Shown: positions 46,807 to 57,301, counted from the stretch's first letter. The stretch: 58,122 nt of DNA from a bacterium (GCA_031441465.1 JANOEP010000026.1:1-58122); one strand, 5' to 3'. Translations and numbers: made by a program. The notes: generated by a model not told the origin, from the letters alone.

Positions 46807-47397
46807 TTGACGCCGCCGCGACGACATTCAGCCCGGTGCGATCCGCGCTCGTTCGTCTGGCTGCTGGCGCTGCCGCTGGCCGTCGGCTGCGTGCGACCGC
46901 CGGTCGCCGCCGACCCGACGCAGGCCGCATCGATGGTCGGACCGGTCGAGATCGTCGCCTGGCTCGACGATGACCTGGGCGGGCCCGCCAGGCTGCCCGT
47001 CGCCGCCCACATGATCGCCTCCGCGCGCGACGACACGACCCGATCCTGGCTCTGGGTCCAGGTGGAACTCCACGAGAACCAGGACGTGCGCCTGCTCGGG
47101 CCCGGCGCGTTGCGATTCCGACTGGCGCTGGCGGACGGGACGATCCGGGAGGTCCTCGACGAGGGAGTGCGCGTGCCGCTCGACGCCGGGGCCAACACGT
47201 TCCTGAATTCGGCCTCCGGACCCATCACCATCCGGGCCAGCCACGCGCACGGCTCGGCGACCTGCATCCCGTTGCTGGTGCGGCTGCCGTTGCAGGACGA
47301 ACCGCGCCCCGCGGCGCGCGGCGCGCGGCGTCGCGGCCGTGCCCGAACGCTGGCAGCGCCACTGACCATCCCACCGCTATCCGGAGGATCCCCGTGA
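46807..47397 (+). CDS. hypothetical lipoprotein
   Basis: LAVGC lipobox; GTGA overlap with next gene; start uncertain. Confidence 0.5.
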   Translation: MTPPRRHSARCDPRSFVWLLALPLAVGCVRPPVAADPTQAASMVGPVEIVAWLDDDLGGPARLPVAAHMIASARDDTTRSWLWVQVELHENQDVRLLGPGALRFRLALADGTIREVLDEGVRVPLDAGANTFLNSASGPITIRASHAHGSATCIPLLVRLPLQDEPRPAARGARRRGRARTLAAPLTIPPLSGGSP

Positions 47398-47918
47398 CCG
47401 TCTACGCTGACTGGGTGCGCGCCCATCCGCTCGTCTCGGCCGCCTTGCAGTTCGCCCTGCTCGGCACGCTGGGGGAGATCATCGCTGCCGGCCTGCGCGC
47501 GCGCCGGCCGGCGCTGCCCTGCACGCCCGTGCAGCTGGCGGCCAAGGCCGTGGCCTGGGCCGTGCTGGGCCTCTTGATCAAGTTCGGTTTCACCGGCATG
47601 AAGGGCTTCGTCGCGGGCCTGCTCGAACATGGGCTGCTGCCGGCCTGGTGTGCCGCAGGCGTCGGACGCGCGCTGGCCGTGTCGGTCCTGACCAACGTCT
47701 TCTTCGGGCCGCAGATGATGGCCTTCCACCGCTGGGAGGACAACCTCATCCTGCGCCGCCGCGGCTACGCCGGGATCACGACGGCGTGGTGGACGCTCAT
47801 CTGGTTCTGGATCCCGGCCCACACCGTCACCTTCAGCCTCCCGCCCGACTACCAGATCGGGCTGGCCGCGCTGTGGGGGCTGGTGCTGGGGATCATCCTG
47901 GGCTGGAGCAAGAAGTAA
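47394..47918 (+). CDS. hypothetical membrane protein (Mpv17/PMP22-like)
   Basis: 4-5 hydrophobic helices; WFWIPAHTVTFSLP motif. Confidence 0.7.
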   Translation: MTVYADWVRAHPLVSAALQFALLGTLGEIIAAGLRARRPALPCTPVQLAAKAVAWAVLGLLIKFGFTGMKGFVAGLLEHGLLPAWCAAGVGRALAVSVLTNVFFGPQMMAFHRWEDNLILRRRGYAGITTAWWTLIWFWIPAHTVTFSLPPDYQIGLAALWGLVLGIILGWSKK

Positions 47919-47927
47919 CCCCGCCGG

Positions 47928-48350
47928 TCAATCCTCGTCGCGCTGCGTGCGTGCGCGCTTCACGGCGGCGCGGCGGCGTTTGTCGTCGAGGCGTTTGAGG
48001 CGGGAGGCGCGGGTGGGCTGCGTCGAGGTGCGGGGTTTGGGGGGTTCGGCCGCCCGCTGCAGCAGGGCGACCAGGCGGTCGATCGCGTCCTGGCGGTTGC
48101 GCTCCTGGGTGCGGTGGCGGCGGGCGTCCAGCACGATGACGCCCTCGGTCGTGGCGCGGCGGCCGGCCAGGCGCAGGGCGCGCGCCCGCACCGCGTCGGG
48201 CAGGTTCGGCGAGCCCGCGGCGTCGAAGCGCAGCTGCACCGCCGTGGAGACCTTGTTGACGTTCTGGCCGCCCGGCCCGGACGCGCGCACGAAGCTGAAC
48301 GACAGCTCGTCGTCGGCGATGCGGAGGTCCGGCGTGATCTCGATCATCAT
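47928..48350 (-). CDS. arfB: alternative ribosome rescue peptidyl-tRNA hydrolase ArfB
   Basis: RASGPGGQNVNKVST; RTQERN; basic C-terminal tail. Confidence 0.95.
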   Translation of the reverse strand: MMIEITPDLRIADDELSFSFVRASGPGGQNVNKVSTAVQLRFDAAGSPNLPDAVRARALRLAGRRATTEGVIVLDARRHRTQERNRQDAIDRLVALLQRAAEPPKPRTSTQPTRASRLKRLDDKRRRAAVKRARTQRDED

Positions 48351-48424
48351 GTCTCCCTGCAACACAGCACGACGGCCGGGCCCGCGCCCGACCGTCGCAT
48401 GGTAGCAAGACCGCCGGCGGCGCG

Positions 48425-48934
48425 CTAGGCCGCGAACGCGACGTACTTGTCGGCCGGCACGTTGCAGACCGGGCAGCGCTCGTGCGCGTCGCCGAACACG
48501 GTGTGCCCGCAGACGGGGCAGATCGACACCTTCGTGACGTCGATGTCCTTGCCCGCCTTGACCGCCTCGAGCGCCGCGCGGTACATGTCGGCGTGGATCT
48601 TCTCGGCCTCGATGGCGAAGCGGATGCTGCGCTGGGCGCCCTTCTCCTGCTGAAGCTGGGCCACCGCCATGTAGGCGGCGTACATCTCGTCCACCTCGAA
48701 GGTCTCGCCGCCGAGGGCGCCCTGCAGGTTCGCCGCGGTGTCGCCCACGCCGGAGAGTTCCTTCAGGTGGTTCACGGCGTGAACCTGCTCGGCGTAGCTG
48801 ATGGCCTTGAACAGCAGGGCCACCTGGGGGAACCCGTCCTGGGCGGCCTGCTCGGCGAAGGCCAGGTACTTCATGTGCGCCTGGCTCTCGCCGGCGAAGG
48901 CGTCCTTCAGGTTGTGCTCGGTCATCGCGCGCAT
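48425..48934 (-). CDS. rbr: rubrerythrin family protein
   Basis: AFAGESQA, EQVH, GETFE, EKIH; CPVCG...CPVC rubredoxin-like tail. Confidence 0.93.
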   Translation of the reverse strand: MRAMTEHNLKDAFAGESQAHMKYLAFAEQAAQDGFPQVALLFKAISYAEQVHAVNHLKELSGVGDTAANLQGALGGETFEVDEMYAAYMAVAQLQQEKGAQRSIRFAIEAEKIHADMYRAALEAVKAGKDIDVTKVSICPVCGHTVFGDAHERCPVCNVPADKYVAFAA

Positions 48935-48995
48935 GGGGCCTCCTTGGGTTGGTCGGGATCGGTTGTCCGAAACATGGTACGATCCGCCACCAATT

Positions 48996-49421
48996 TCAAC
49001 CGATGGTCAGCAGCACGATGCCCCCGACGGTCAGCGCCATCCCGAGCAGCATTTTGAGCGTCACCGGCTCGCCGCCGATCGTCAACGCCAGCAGTGCGCC
49101 GAACAGGGGCGAGGTGAAGGCGATGGGCATGACGCGGGTCAGGGGCGCGCCCTTGATGGCCGTGTAGAAGCAGAGCATCCCGATCGCGCCCGCCACCACG
49201 CCGCCGCCGATGGTCATGTACAGCAGCGACCGCGGCCCCGCGGTCGCCAGCGCCTTCCAGTGGGGTGCGCTCACCGCGCCCAGGATCACCAGGGCCACCG
49301 CCGTGCGGATCGTGATGCCCAGCTGCGGAGGCAGGTTGCCGAGGTGCAGGCCGCGCTTCTCGAAGTAGCCGCCGATGCCCCAGGCCGCGGCGGTCAGCAG
49401 GGCGAACAGGTAGGGTTTCAT
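48996..49421 (-). CDS. single-domain EamA family transporter
   Basis: About 5 TM helices; WG...FEK.GL; GEPVT. Confidence 0.82.
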   Translation of the reverse strand: MKPYLFALLTAAAWGIGGYFEKRGLHLGNLPPQLGITIRTAVALVILGAVSAPHWKALATAGPRSLLYMTIGGGVVAGAIGMLCFYTAIKGAPLTRVMPIAFTSPLFGALLALTIGGEPVTLKMLLGMALTVGGIVLLTIG

Positions 49422-50224
49422 CGCCGGGCGCTCCTCTGACGGAGCGCCTCGTAGGCGAGCAGCGCCGCCGCCACGCTGACGTTCAGGGAGTCGGCCGTCC
49501 CCAGCATGGGGATGCGGCAGCGGCGGTCGGCCGCCGCGAGCAGGTCCTTCGTCAGGCCCGTGTCCTCGGCGCCCAGCAGCACGGCCAGCGGGCCGGTCAG
49601 GTCGCAGGACGTGTGCAGGTCGGCCGCGGCCGGCGTGGTCGCCAGCAGCGGGATGCCGCGCGCGTGCAGGTACGCCAGGATCTCGGCGCTGCCGGCGCTG
49701 ATCGTCGGCACGGTGAACACCGCGCCGGTCGAGGCGCGCAGGGCGTTGGGGTTCCAGGGGTCGGCGCCCTCGCCGCAGGCCAGCACCGCCGCGACGCCGG
49801 CCCCGCTGGCCGTGCGCACCACCGCGCCCAGGTTGCCCGGTTTTTCCACGCCTTCCAGGACCAGCACCAGGGGATCGGGCGGCAGGACGAGCGTGGCCAG
49901 CGACCAGGCCGGTGGGCGCGCGACGGCGATCAGGCCCTCGGGTTTCGCGCGGTAGGACGCCTTCTCCAGCACGCGCGCGTTCACCGGCACGATCTCGATC
50001 CCCGAGCGCCGCAGGTCCTCCAGCAGCGCCTCGCCGCCGTGCTCCGCCAGGACCTCGGGGCAGGCGTAGGCTTCGTCCAGGACGAGGCCGGCCTCGAGCG
50101 CGCGCCGGACCACGCGCAGTTCGTCCAGCAGGACGACGCCCTCGCGCTCCCGTTCGCGCCGATCCCGCAGGCGGACCAACCGCTTGATCCGCGGGTTGCC
50201 GGGGCTGGTGATGCTCTCAGTCAC
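49418..50224 (-). CDS. TrmH/SpoU family RNA methyltransferase
   Basis: ITSPGNPRIK; EKPGNLGAVVRTA; GAEDTGL; IPMLGTADSLNVS. Confidence 0.93.
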   Translation of the reverse strand: MTESITSPGNPRIKRLVRLRDRREREREGVVLLDELRVVRRALEAGLVLDEAYACPEVLAEHGGEALLEDLRRSGIEIVPVNARVLEKASYRAKPEGLIAVARPPAWSLATLVLPPDPLVLVLEGVEKPGNLGAVVRTASGAGVAAVLACGEGADPWNPNALRASTGAVFTVPTISAGSAEILAYLHARGIPLLATTPAAADLHTSCDLTGPLAVLLGAEDTGLTKDLLAAADRRCRIPMLGTADSLNVSVAAALLAYEALRQRSARR

Positions 50225-50648
50225 GTCGCATCCCTTCGAGGGTGTCGCGCACGGACGCCGGCAGCGGCGCCACGCGCCGGGCCGCGTAGTCGAAGCCGAC
50301 GAGCCCGGTCTCGGCCAGGGCGATCGGCGCGCCCGCGCGCGTCACGCGGTAGGCCAGGCGGAAACCGGCGCGGCCGGTCTCGGCCACGCCCACCTCGATC
50401 TGCAGGAGGTCGCCGGCGAAGGCCTCACCCTGATAGACGATCACGGCGTCGCCCAGGATCAGGGCGACCCCGCCGCAGTCCGGTTCGCTCCATCCCTGCG
50501 CGGCGAGGAAGGCCACGCGGGCCTCGTGCAGCAGGGACAGCAGGCGGTCGTGGGCCAGGTGGCCGCCGTAGTTCAGGTCGGTGACGCGCACGGTTTGCGC
50601 GCAGTCGAACGGGTAGCGGGGCAGCGGCGTCAGTTGGGCGCGGGGCAC
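50217..50648 (-). CDS. thioesterase (4HBT/hotdog) family protein
   Basis: VRVTDLNYGGHL, LHEAR, EAFAGD. Confidence 0.88.
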   Translation of the reverse strand: MPRAQLTPLPRYPFDCAQTVRVTDLNYGGHLAHDRLLSLLHEARVAFLAAQGWSEPDCGGVALILGDAVIVYQGEAFAGDLLQIEVGVAETGRAGFRLAYRVTRAGAPIALAETGLVGFDYAARRVAPLPASVRDTLEGMRRD

Positions 50649-50670
50649 GTCGTGACTCCCGGTGTGGCGG

Positions 50671-51960
50671 TCATGTCGTCAGGATGCCGGCGATCGCCGC
50701 GGTCATCAGGTTGGCGAAGGTGCCGGCGAACATCGCCCGCAGGCCCAACCGCGCCACGTCGCTGCGCCGCTCGGGGGCCAGGATGCCGTAGCCGCCGATC
50801 TGGATGGCGATGCTCGAGAAGTTGGCGAACCCGCACAGCGCGTAGGTGGCGATCACGACGCTGCGCGGCGACAGGGTGCCGGCGCGGATGGCCTGGTCCA
50901 GCTGGATGTAGCCCAGGAACTCGTTGACCGAGATCTTGGTGCCCAGCAGGTTGCCGAAGGTCGCCGCCTCGCTCCAGGGCACGCCCAGCGTCCAGGCGAT
51001 GGGCGCGAACACCCAGCCGAAGATCTGCGACAGGGACAGCCCGGCCAGGCCGAGGCCGGCGTCGACCATCGCCACCAGCGCCACGAAGGCCAGCAGCATG
51101 GCGCCAATGTTGGCCGCCAGCTTCAGGCCCACGCTCGCGCCGCCGGCGGCGGCGTCGATCAGGCCGGAGTACTCGCGCGGGATGTCCACCTTGATCCCGC
51201 CCTCGGTGGCGGACTGCTCGGTCTCGGGGAACATGATCTTGGCCATGACCAGGGCCGCGGGCGCCGACATGATGCTGGCGGCCAGCAGGTGGCCGGCGTC
51301 GATGCCCAGGCGCACGTAGGCCGCCATCACCCCGCCGGCGATCGTGGCGAAGCCGGCCGTCATCACGGCCATCAGCTCGGAGTTGGTCATGGTCTTGATG
51401 TAGGGGCGGATCACCACCGGCGCCTCGGTCTGGCCCACGAAGATGTCCGCGGCGACCGACAGGGTCTCCGAGCCGCTGGTGCGCATCGTGCGGCGCATGA
51501 CCCAGGAGATGCCCGCGATGACGCGCTGCATCACGCCGAGGTGGTAGAGCACGGCCATCAGGCTCGCGAAGAAAATCACCGTCGGCAGCACGTGGATCGC
51601 GAAGATCATGCCCAAGGGGACCAGCTCGCCCGTCGCGGAGTTGGTGAACTGGACGTAGCCGCCCTCGGCGCCCGGGGAAAGGTACTGCACCACGTCGGCG
51701 TTGCCCCGGAACAGGTTGCCGAACAGGAACGAGGCGCCGGCGTCGGTGAAGCCCAGCACGCGGTTGACCGTCACCCGCGCGGCCTCGAAGATCGCGGTGC
51801 CCCAGGGTGTGCGCAGCAGGATCAGCGCGAAACCGAACTGCAGGCCGACGCCCCAGATCACGGTGCGCCAGCGCACCCGGCGGCGGTTGTTGCTGAGGGC
51901 CAGGCCCAGCCCCATCAAGACGAAGATGCCCAGCAGCGAGATCAGGTTCGGCAGTCCCAT
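50671..51960 (-). CDS. nupC: concentrative Na+/H+ nucleoside transporter (NupC/CNT family)
   Basis: [38 protein letters not shown]. Confidence 0.93.
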   Translation of the reverse strand: MGLPNLISLLGIFVLMGLGLALSNNRRRVRWRTVIWGVGLQFGFALILLRTPWGTAIFEAARVTVNRVLGFTDAGASFLFGNLFRGNADVVQYLSPGAEGGYVQFTNSATGELVPLGMIFAIHVLPTVIFFASLMAVLYHLGVMQRVIAGISWVMRRTMRTSGSETLSVAADIFVGQTEAPVVIRPYIKTMTNSELMAVMTAGFATIAGGVMAAYVRLGIDAGHLLAASIMSAPAALVMAKIMFPETEQSATEGGIKVDIPREYSGLIDAAAGGASVGLKLAANIGAMLLAFVALVAMVDAGLGLAGLSLSQIFGWVFAPIAWTLGVPWSEAATFGNLLGTKISVNEFLGYIQLDQAIRAGTLSPRSVVIATYALCGFANFSSIAIQIGGYGILAPERRSDVARLGLRAMFAGTFANLMTAAIAGILTT

Positions 51961-52125
51961 GCGCGCCTCCGGATCGAAGTGGTCGCGAGTGTACGCCGGG
52001 AGGGGTGGCCGGCGTCCAGCCCGATTTACCACGGGGACGGCGCGGGAGGCCGATTGTCACGCCGGGCGGTCCCGGCTATGTTCGACCGGAAACGGGAGCG
52101 ACCCCACCTGCACAGGGATCGGCAC

Positions 52126-53334
52126 ATGGCGACTACGCAGCCCCAGCAGACCGCCGGTGCGTCGAAAGCCGACGCGAAGCTGCCGAAGACAGTCGTCGGC
52201 CTGGGACTCGTCAGCCTGCTGACCGACACCTCGAGCGAGGCGATCTTCCCCCTGCTGCCGGCGTTCCTGGCCACCCTGGGCGCTTCCAACGCCTTCATCG
52301 GCCTGATCGAGGGTGCGGCCGAGTTCGTCGCGAATATCCTGAAGTACCTCACGGGGCTCGCCGCGGACCGGCGAGCGCACCTCAAGCCGCTGATCATGGT
52401 CGGTTACGGGATCTCGACCCTGGCGCGGCCGCTCGTCGCCTTCGCGCAGGTCCCGTGGCACGTGCTCGCGGTACGGGTCGGCGACCGGGTCGGTAAAGGA
52501 GTGCGCACTAGTCCGCGGGACGCCCTCATCGCCGGCGCGACGGATCCCGCCCTGAGGGCGCGCGCCTACGGTTTCCACCGCGCCATGGACCACGCCGGCG
52601 CGGCCGCCGGCACCCTGCTCGGCGCCGGCCTGCTCTGGCTGCTGGGCGCCGGCGGCGGCGCGGCGGCGAGCGCCGACCAGATGCGCACCGTCTTTCTGGT
52701 GGCCGCCGTGCCCGGGGTGCTGGCGATGGTCGCGCTCGCCCTGACGCGCGAGCCGCCCCTGCCGGCGCCCGCCCCCGCGGGGCCGCGCGCGCTGCCGCCG
52801 GCCCTGAAGCGGGCGCTGCCGCCGTTCGTGCTGTTCGCCTTCGCCAACGCCACCGACGCGTTCATCCTGGTCAAGGCGGCGCGGCTGGGCGCGCCGGTGA
52901 TCGCCGCGCCGTTGCTGTGGTTGGCCCTGCACGTCATCAAGGCCAGCACCGCCACCGCCGGTGGACGCCTCGCCGACCGCCATGGCAAGCGCAACGCCCT
53001 GGCGCTGGGTTGGACCGTCTATGCAGTCACCTGGTCCGCAGTCGGTTTCGCGGAGACCGTGCCGCTGCTGTTCGTGCTGGCCGCAGTGTACGGGACGTCG
53101 CACGGGCTGGTCGAGGGGGCGGAGAAGGCGCTGATCGCCGAACTCGCGGGCGGCGGCGTCCGTGGCAGGGCCTTCGGGACCTACAACCTGCTCATCGGGT
53201 TCGGCGCGCTGGGTGCGAGCACGGTCTTCGGTCTGGTCTGGGACCGATTCGGCAGCGGCGCGGCCTTCGCCGGCTCGGGCGCCTGCGCCCTGCTGGCGGC
53301 GGTGGTGCTGGTGAGGGTCGTGCCGAAGCGCTGA
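52126..53334 (+). CDS. MFS transporter
   Basis: SLLTDTSSE, DRVGKGVRTSPRDALI, AYGFHRAMD, GRLADRHG. Confidence 0.92.
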   Translation: MATTQPQQTAGASKADAKLPKTVVGLGLVSLLTDTSSEAIFPLLPAFLATLGASNAFIGLIEGAAEFVANILKYLTGLAADRRAHLKPLIMVGYGISTLARPLVAFAQVPWHVLAVRVGDRVGKGVRTSPRDALIAGATDPALRARAYGFHRAMDHAGAAAGTLLGAGLLWLLGAGGGAAASADQMRTVFLVAAVPGVLAMVALALTREPPLPAPAPAGPRALPPALKRALPPFVLFAFANATDAFILVKAARLGAPVIAAPLLWLALHVIKASTATAGGRLADRHGKRNALALGWTVYAVTWSAVGFAETVPLLFVLAAVYGTSHGLVEGAEKALIAELAGGGVRGRAFGTYNLLIGFGALGASTVFGLVWDRFGSGAAFAGSGACALLAAVVLVRVVPKR

Positions 53335-53344
53335 GCGCGGGCCA

Positions 53345-55210
53345 TCAGCGTCCGCTGCCCACGGGCAGCGCCCCGATCCGGCCGCAGCCGTCGTCGGCGT
53401 CGGCGCACGGGCTGCCGGCCTGCAGGTGGAAGTCGCCGCCCGCGAGGTCGCAGAACAGCGGGTCCTCTTGGAAATTGCCCCCGTGGATCGCCGTTCCCGG
53501 CGGCCAGAAGCCGTGCCCGCCGTCGCCGTAGAGGTCGCAGCACGCGACGTCGAGGCGTCCCCCCGCCACCATGTCGACCGCTTCGCCGCCGGTGTTCCAG
53601 GCGATCAGGCAGTTCTCCATGGTCATCAGGCCGTTGCGCACGGTCCCGCCTTCTTCGGTGATGGCGCCGATGCGCACGCCCGAGCCTTGGTGCGCATCGT
53701 TGGCGGCGATCGTGCAACCGGTCGCCAGCGACGGCGTCGGCGGGTCCCCGTAGTTGCTGTACCCGAAGATCGCCAGGCCGCCGCCGTTCAGGTCGGCGTG
53801 GTTGCCCGCGATCAAGCAGTCCTGCAGCCGCAGGATCACGCTGACGCCGGCCAGGCCGCCGCCGCGGCCCGTGGTCGTGTTGCCGGTGATCGTGCAGCGG
53901 CGCACGACGGGGTCCTCGCAGTTGATCAGGTAGACGCCCCCGCCGAACATGGTCGCGGTGTTGCCGGTGATCAGGCAGTCCTCGATGACGGGGTGGCCCC
54001 GCCCGCCGAAGTAGATGGCGCCGCCCTGACCGCCGCTGTTGCCGGTGAAGACGCAGCGGCGGATCACGACGTCGGTCAGGTGGAACACCAGGCCGCCGGC
54101 CATCGGGTAGTCGCCGTCGGCGGCGGGGGAGACGCCGTTGGTGATCGTGAAGCCGTCGACCTCGACGCCGTCGTTGTTGCCCTGGATGAACAGGACCCGG
54201 CCCTGCCGCGCCGCGTCGAGGATCGTCGCCTCGGGGCCCGCTTCGCTTGCCAGGACGATGCCGGTGATGTCGCGGGCGAAGAAGATCATCGACAGCGGGT
54301 TCATGGCGCCGCCCTGGCTGGTCCAGGTGTAGCGGCCGGGACCGACCAGGACGAGGTCGCCGTGGACCGCGGCGGCTAGCGCGGTGGCGATCGTGGGTGT
54401 GTCGCCGCTGCCGTCGGCGGCGACGCGCCAGGTGCGGCCGCCGGAGGGCGAGGCAGAGACGACGTTGGAGAGGTGGCTGTGGTTGCCGGCGTCGTCGACG
54501 GCGCGCAGGGCTACGTAGAGGGGGGCGGCGGCGGATGGGGCGTCGATGAGGCATTGGAGATGGCCGCCGGTCGGCGCGGGGGTTGCCGTGGCGGGGGTCG
54601 CGGAGTCCCAGGACTCCGGGGTGAGCGGGGCGGCGGCGCTGCGGAGTTCGTAGGCGGTGGCGGCGCCGTGGGGACCGTCGTCGCCGGTGGGGGTCCATTG
54701 GACCATGAGTTGGTCGCCGCTGGACCACAGGACGGTCAGGTCGGTGACGTCGGCCGGCGGGGTGAGGTCGAGGGCGGGGTCGGCGCTGGCGATCACGAGG
54801 TTCGAGGGGGCGGACCAGGTGAGGTTGTCTACGGTGGCGCGGAGGCGGATGGCGTAGGGGGTGGTGGGGGTGAGGGCGGTGATGGTGGTTTGCTGCGTTG
54901 TGCCGGGGGCGGCGGGCGCTGGGAGGGAGGGGGATTGGGTCCAGGTTTCCAGGTCGGTTCCCTCTTGGCCGTAGGTGGTGTAGCGCAAGTCGTACCGCGT
55001 GATCGGACCCAGGCCCGTGGCTAGGCTTGGAGCTGTCCAGGCCACGGTGATCGCCGATTCGGTCGCTGCCGTGGCGCGCAGGTCGACGATGGTAGCGGGC
55101 AGGCCTGAAGGCGTAGGATCCGGATCGGGGCCGGAATCTTCGGAACATGCGCAATGCAGGCAAGACACTGTCCAGACAACAACCAAAGCCAAGTGTGTGG
55201 GACGGTGCAC
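53345..55210 (-). CDS. probable lipoprotein with two FN3-like modules and a right-handed beta-helix domain
   Basis: GTG start with AAGGAG RBS and Cys-ending signal; WTAP/GDDG FN3 modules; CxIxGN repeats; DFHLQAGSPC end; no FlgD-Ig tail. Confidence 0.8.
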   Translation of the reverse strand: MHRPTHLALVVVWTVSCLHCACSEDSGPDPDPTPSGLPATIVDLRATAATESAITVAWTAPSLATGLGPITRYDLRYTTYGQEGTDLETWTQSPSLPAPAAPGTTQQTTITALTPTTPYAIRLRATVDNLTWSAPSNLVIASADPALDLTPPADVTDLTVLWSSGDQLMVQWTPTGDDGPHGAATAYELRSAAAPLTPESWDSATPATATPAPTGGHLQCLIDAPSAAAPLYVALRAVDDAGNHSHLSNVVSASPSGGRTWRVAADGSGDTPTIATALAAAVHGDLVLVGPGRYTWTSQGGAMNPLSMIFFARDITGIVLASEAGPEATILDAARQGRVLFIQGNNDGVEVDGFTITNGVSPAADGDYPMAGGLVFHLTDVVIRRCVFTGNSGGQGGAIYFGGRGHPVIEDCLITGNTATMFGGGVYLINCEDPVVRRCTITGNTTTGRGGGLAGVSVILRLQDCLIAGNHADLNGGGLAIFGYSNYGDPPTPSLATGCTIAANDAHQGSGVRIGAITEEGGTVRNGLMTMENCLIAWNTGGEAVDMVAGGRLDVACCDLYGDGGHGFWPPGTAIHGGNFQEDPLFCDLAGGDFHLQAGSPCADADDGCGRIGALPVGSGR

Positions 55211-55360
55211 GGCTGCTCCTTGGTTGGCATTTCGCGATGGTTCCAATTTAGGGGATCTGGGGTCGGAGGTAAACACACCGTCATATCGAGGGCGGATCAT
55301 TCGATTCCATGGAACGATCCAGGTCTGTTAGGATGCCGATCCCGCAGAAGAGGAGAAGTC

Positions 55361-57301
55361 GTGGCTGAGAGCAACCTGAGATCCCGTCGCCGGTCTGATC
55401 CCGCGACAACAGCCCTGTTCGAGGCAGCCAGGGCGTTTCACGCGCTGAAGCCATGGGAAACGGCAACGATCGTGCAGCTGATCCGGGTGGATATCCCGGA
55501 CCTGGGCCTAGCGGGCGCCGGTGCCGTCGTCCTGGGGTACGACGGTGCATCCCGGGGCTTCGCCCTCTTTCCGACGCTCGCCGAATACGATGCCTTCCTC
55601 GACGATCCGCGGCTGCTGCCCGCCGGCGAATGGTTGGAGCTCGTCTTCTCGTCCGGCGTGGATACGCCGACCGTACGGTCGGGTGGTGCCCTGAATCCTG
55701 TTCTTTCCCGTGTCGACCGCCATGGCGCGCGGCGTGCACCGAGCGACTCCGACACCAAGATTGTCAGCGCCGCGGTGTCGGCGTTCGCCGCGTTCTTCGG
55801 GAAGCACTGGCATCTGTTCATTCCCGACGCCGTCGAACCCATCTGCGAGTCCTATTACAATCAGGATGATCTCGAGGTCAGCTTCTGCGCTCCCTACGAA
55901 GCATACGACGAATTCGTCGTCCCCGACAATGCGGCGACACCGCGGCTGTCGCCGTCGACAAAGGACGCGACCATCGGTCGCAACGACCCCTGCCATTGCG
56001 GCAGCGGCCGCAAGTACAAGCACTGCCACCTGCACAGCGACCAGCAGGATGTCGGTGGGAGGCCGTCGAAGGAAGACGATGCCGAGAATCGCCTGATCGA
56101 CAAACTCGTCGAGTTCGCACATGCCCGGTTCGGCGACCGATGGCTGCAGTTCGGCGGGGACTTCCTCGATTACGAGGAAACGCTCCAGCTCGCGGTGCCA
56201 TGGTCCCTCTACGGCTATGAGGTCGACGGTCACACGGTGCTCGATTGGTACCTGCGCGAGCGGAAAAGCATGCTCGACAAGGCCGAATTGGAAGTGGCGA
56301 CGGCTCAGCTCTCCACATGGCTGTCGGTCTGGGAGGTCGTGGACGTCGTGGCGGGCGAGAGCCTGTTCCTGCAGGACCTGCTCTCAGGCGAGCAACGGCT
56401 GGTGCGGGAAAGGACCGCATCCCGGACGTTGTCACTGCGCGACGCGGTGCTGGCGCGGGTCAGCGATCACGACGGGACATCCGTCATCAGCGGCGTGCAT
56501 CCCCGCCCGCTGCTGCCGACCGATGCCGCCGAGGTCGTGCGGATCGCCCGGGGCCGGTTGCGGTTGAAGCGGGCGGTGCCGCCAAGCAGGCTCCGCGACG
56601 GCGCCTTCGGGAGCTTCCTGATCCGCAACTGGGAGGATCAGGCCGAGATCATGGATCTCCGGATGAAGGTCCCGCCGCGGATGAGCAACACCGACGGCGA
56701 CGAGTTGCTGCTCACCAAGGATCGCTTCAAGATGATGGCCGGCGGGGAGAAGGCTCTGATGGCTCGGTTGGGCGCAATCGAGGGAGTCGTCTTCGATGAA
56801 TCCGGCGACGCCGTAAGGAATTTCATCGTCTTGAGGTCAGCCGATCCGGACTCTCGAGGGGATGCCGACACCATCATCGGGCACGGCTGGTTCGAGGGAA
56901 GCTTCCTGATCGTCGGAACGAATTCCGAAAGGCGCGCCGACATCCTGCGATCGTTGTTGACCACCATGTGCGGGGAGCTGCTCGACCATGTCGCGCGCGA
57001 TCACCCTTCGATGGACGCGCAGGCATCCATCACCCAGCCGGTGGAGTCCGAGCCGATCCCGGACGACGCCGAAGCGCTGCGTGTGATACGAGAATATAAA
57101 ATGCAGCAGTATGCGGATTGGCCTGATCAGCCGTTGCCTGCGCTTGGCGGCCGGACACCGCGCGAGGTGGTGCGCACGGCGAAGGGGCGCGTGGAAGTAG
57201 ATCTGCTGATCAAGACGATGGAGAATTTCGAGCATCGCGGGGGAGGGAGCGGGGGGAGCTTCGATTTCTCGGGGATTCGGAGGGAATTGGGGTTGGTGTA
57301 G
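55361..57301 (+). CDS. SEC-C metal-binding motif protein with C-terminal Xre/MbcA/ParS-antitoxin-like segment
   Basis: IGRNDPCHCGSGRKYKHCH; WPDQPLPALGGRTPREVV; AGGAG RBS before GTG. Confidence 0.82.
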   Translation: MAESNLRSRRRSDPATTALFEAARAFHALKPWETATIVQLIRVDIPDLGLAGAGAVVLGYDGASRGFALFPTLAEYDAFLDDPRLLPAGEWLELVFSSGVDTPTVRSGGALNPVLSRVDRHGARRAPSDSDTKIVSAAVSAFAAFFGKHWHLFIPDAVEPICESYYNQDDLEVSFCAPYEAYDEFVVPDNAATPRLSPSTKDATIGRNDPCHCGSGRKYKHCHLHSDQQDVGGRPSKEDDAENRLIDKLVEFAHARFGDRWLQFGGDFLDYEETLQLAVPWSLYGYEVDGHTVLDWYLRERKSMLDKAELEVATAQLSTWLSVWEVVDVVAGESLFLQDLLSGEQRLVRERTASRTLSLRDAVLARVSDHDGTSVISGVHPRPLLPTDAAEVVRIARGRLRLKRAVPPSRLRDGAFGSFLIRNWEDQAEIMDLRMKVPPRMSNTDGDELLLTKDRFKMMAGGEKALMARLGAIEGVVFDESGDAVRNFIVLRSADPDSRGDADTIIGHGWFEGSFLIVGTNSERRADILRSLLTTMCGELLDHVARDHPSMDAQASITQPVESEPIPDDAEALRVIREYKMQQYADWPDQPLPALGGRTPREVVRTAKGRVEVDLLIKTMENFEHRGGGSGGSFDFSGIRRELGLV

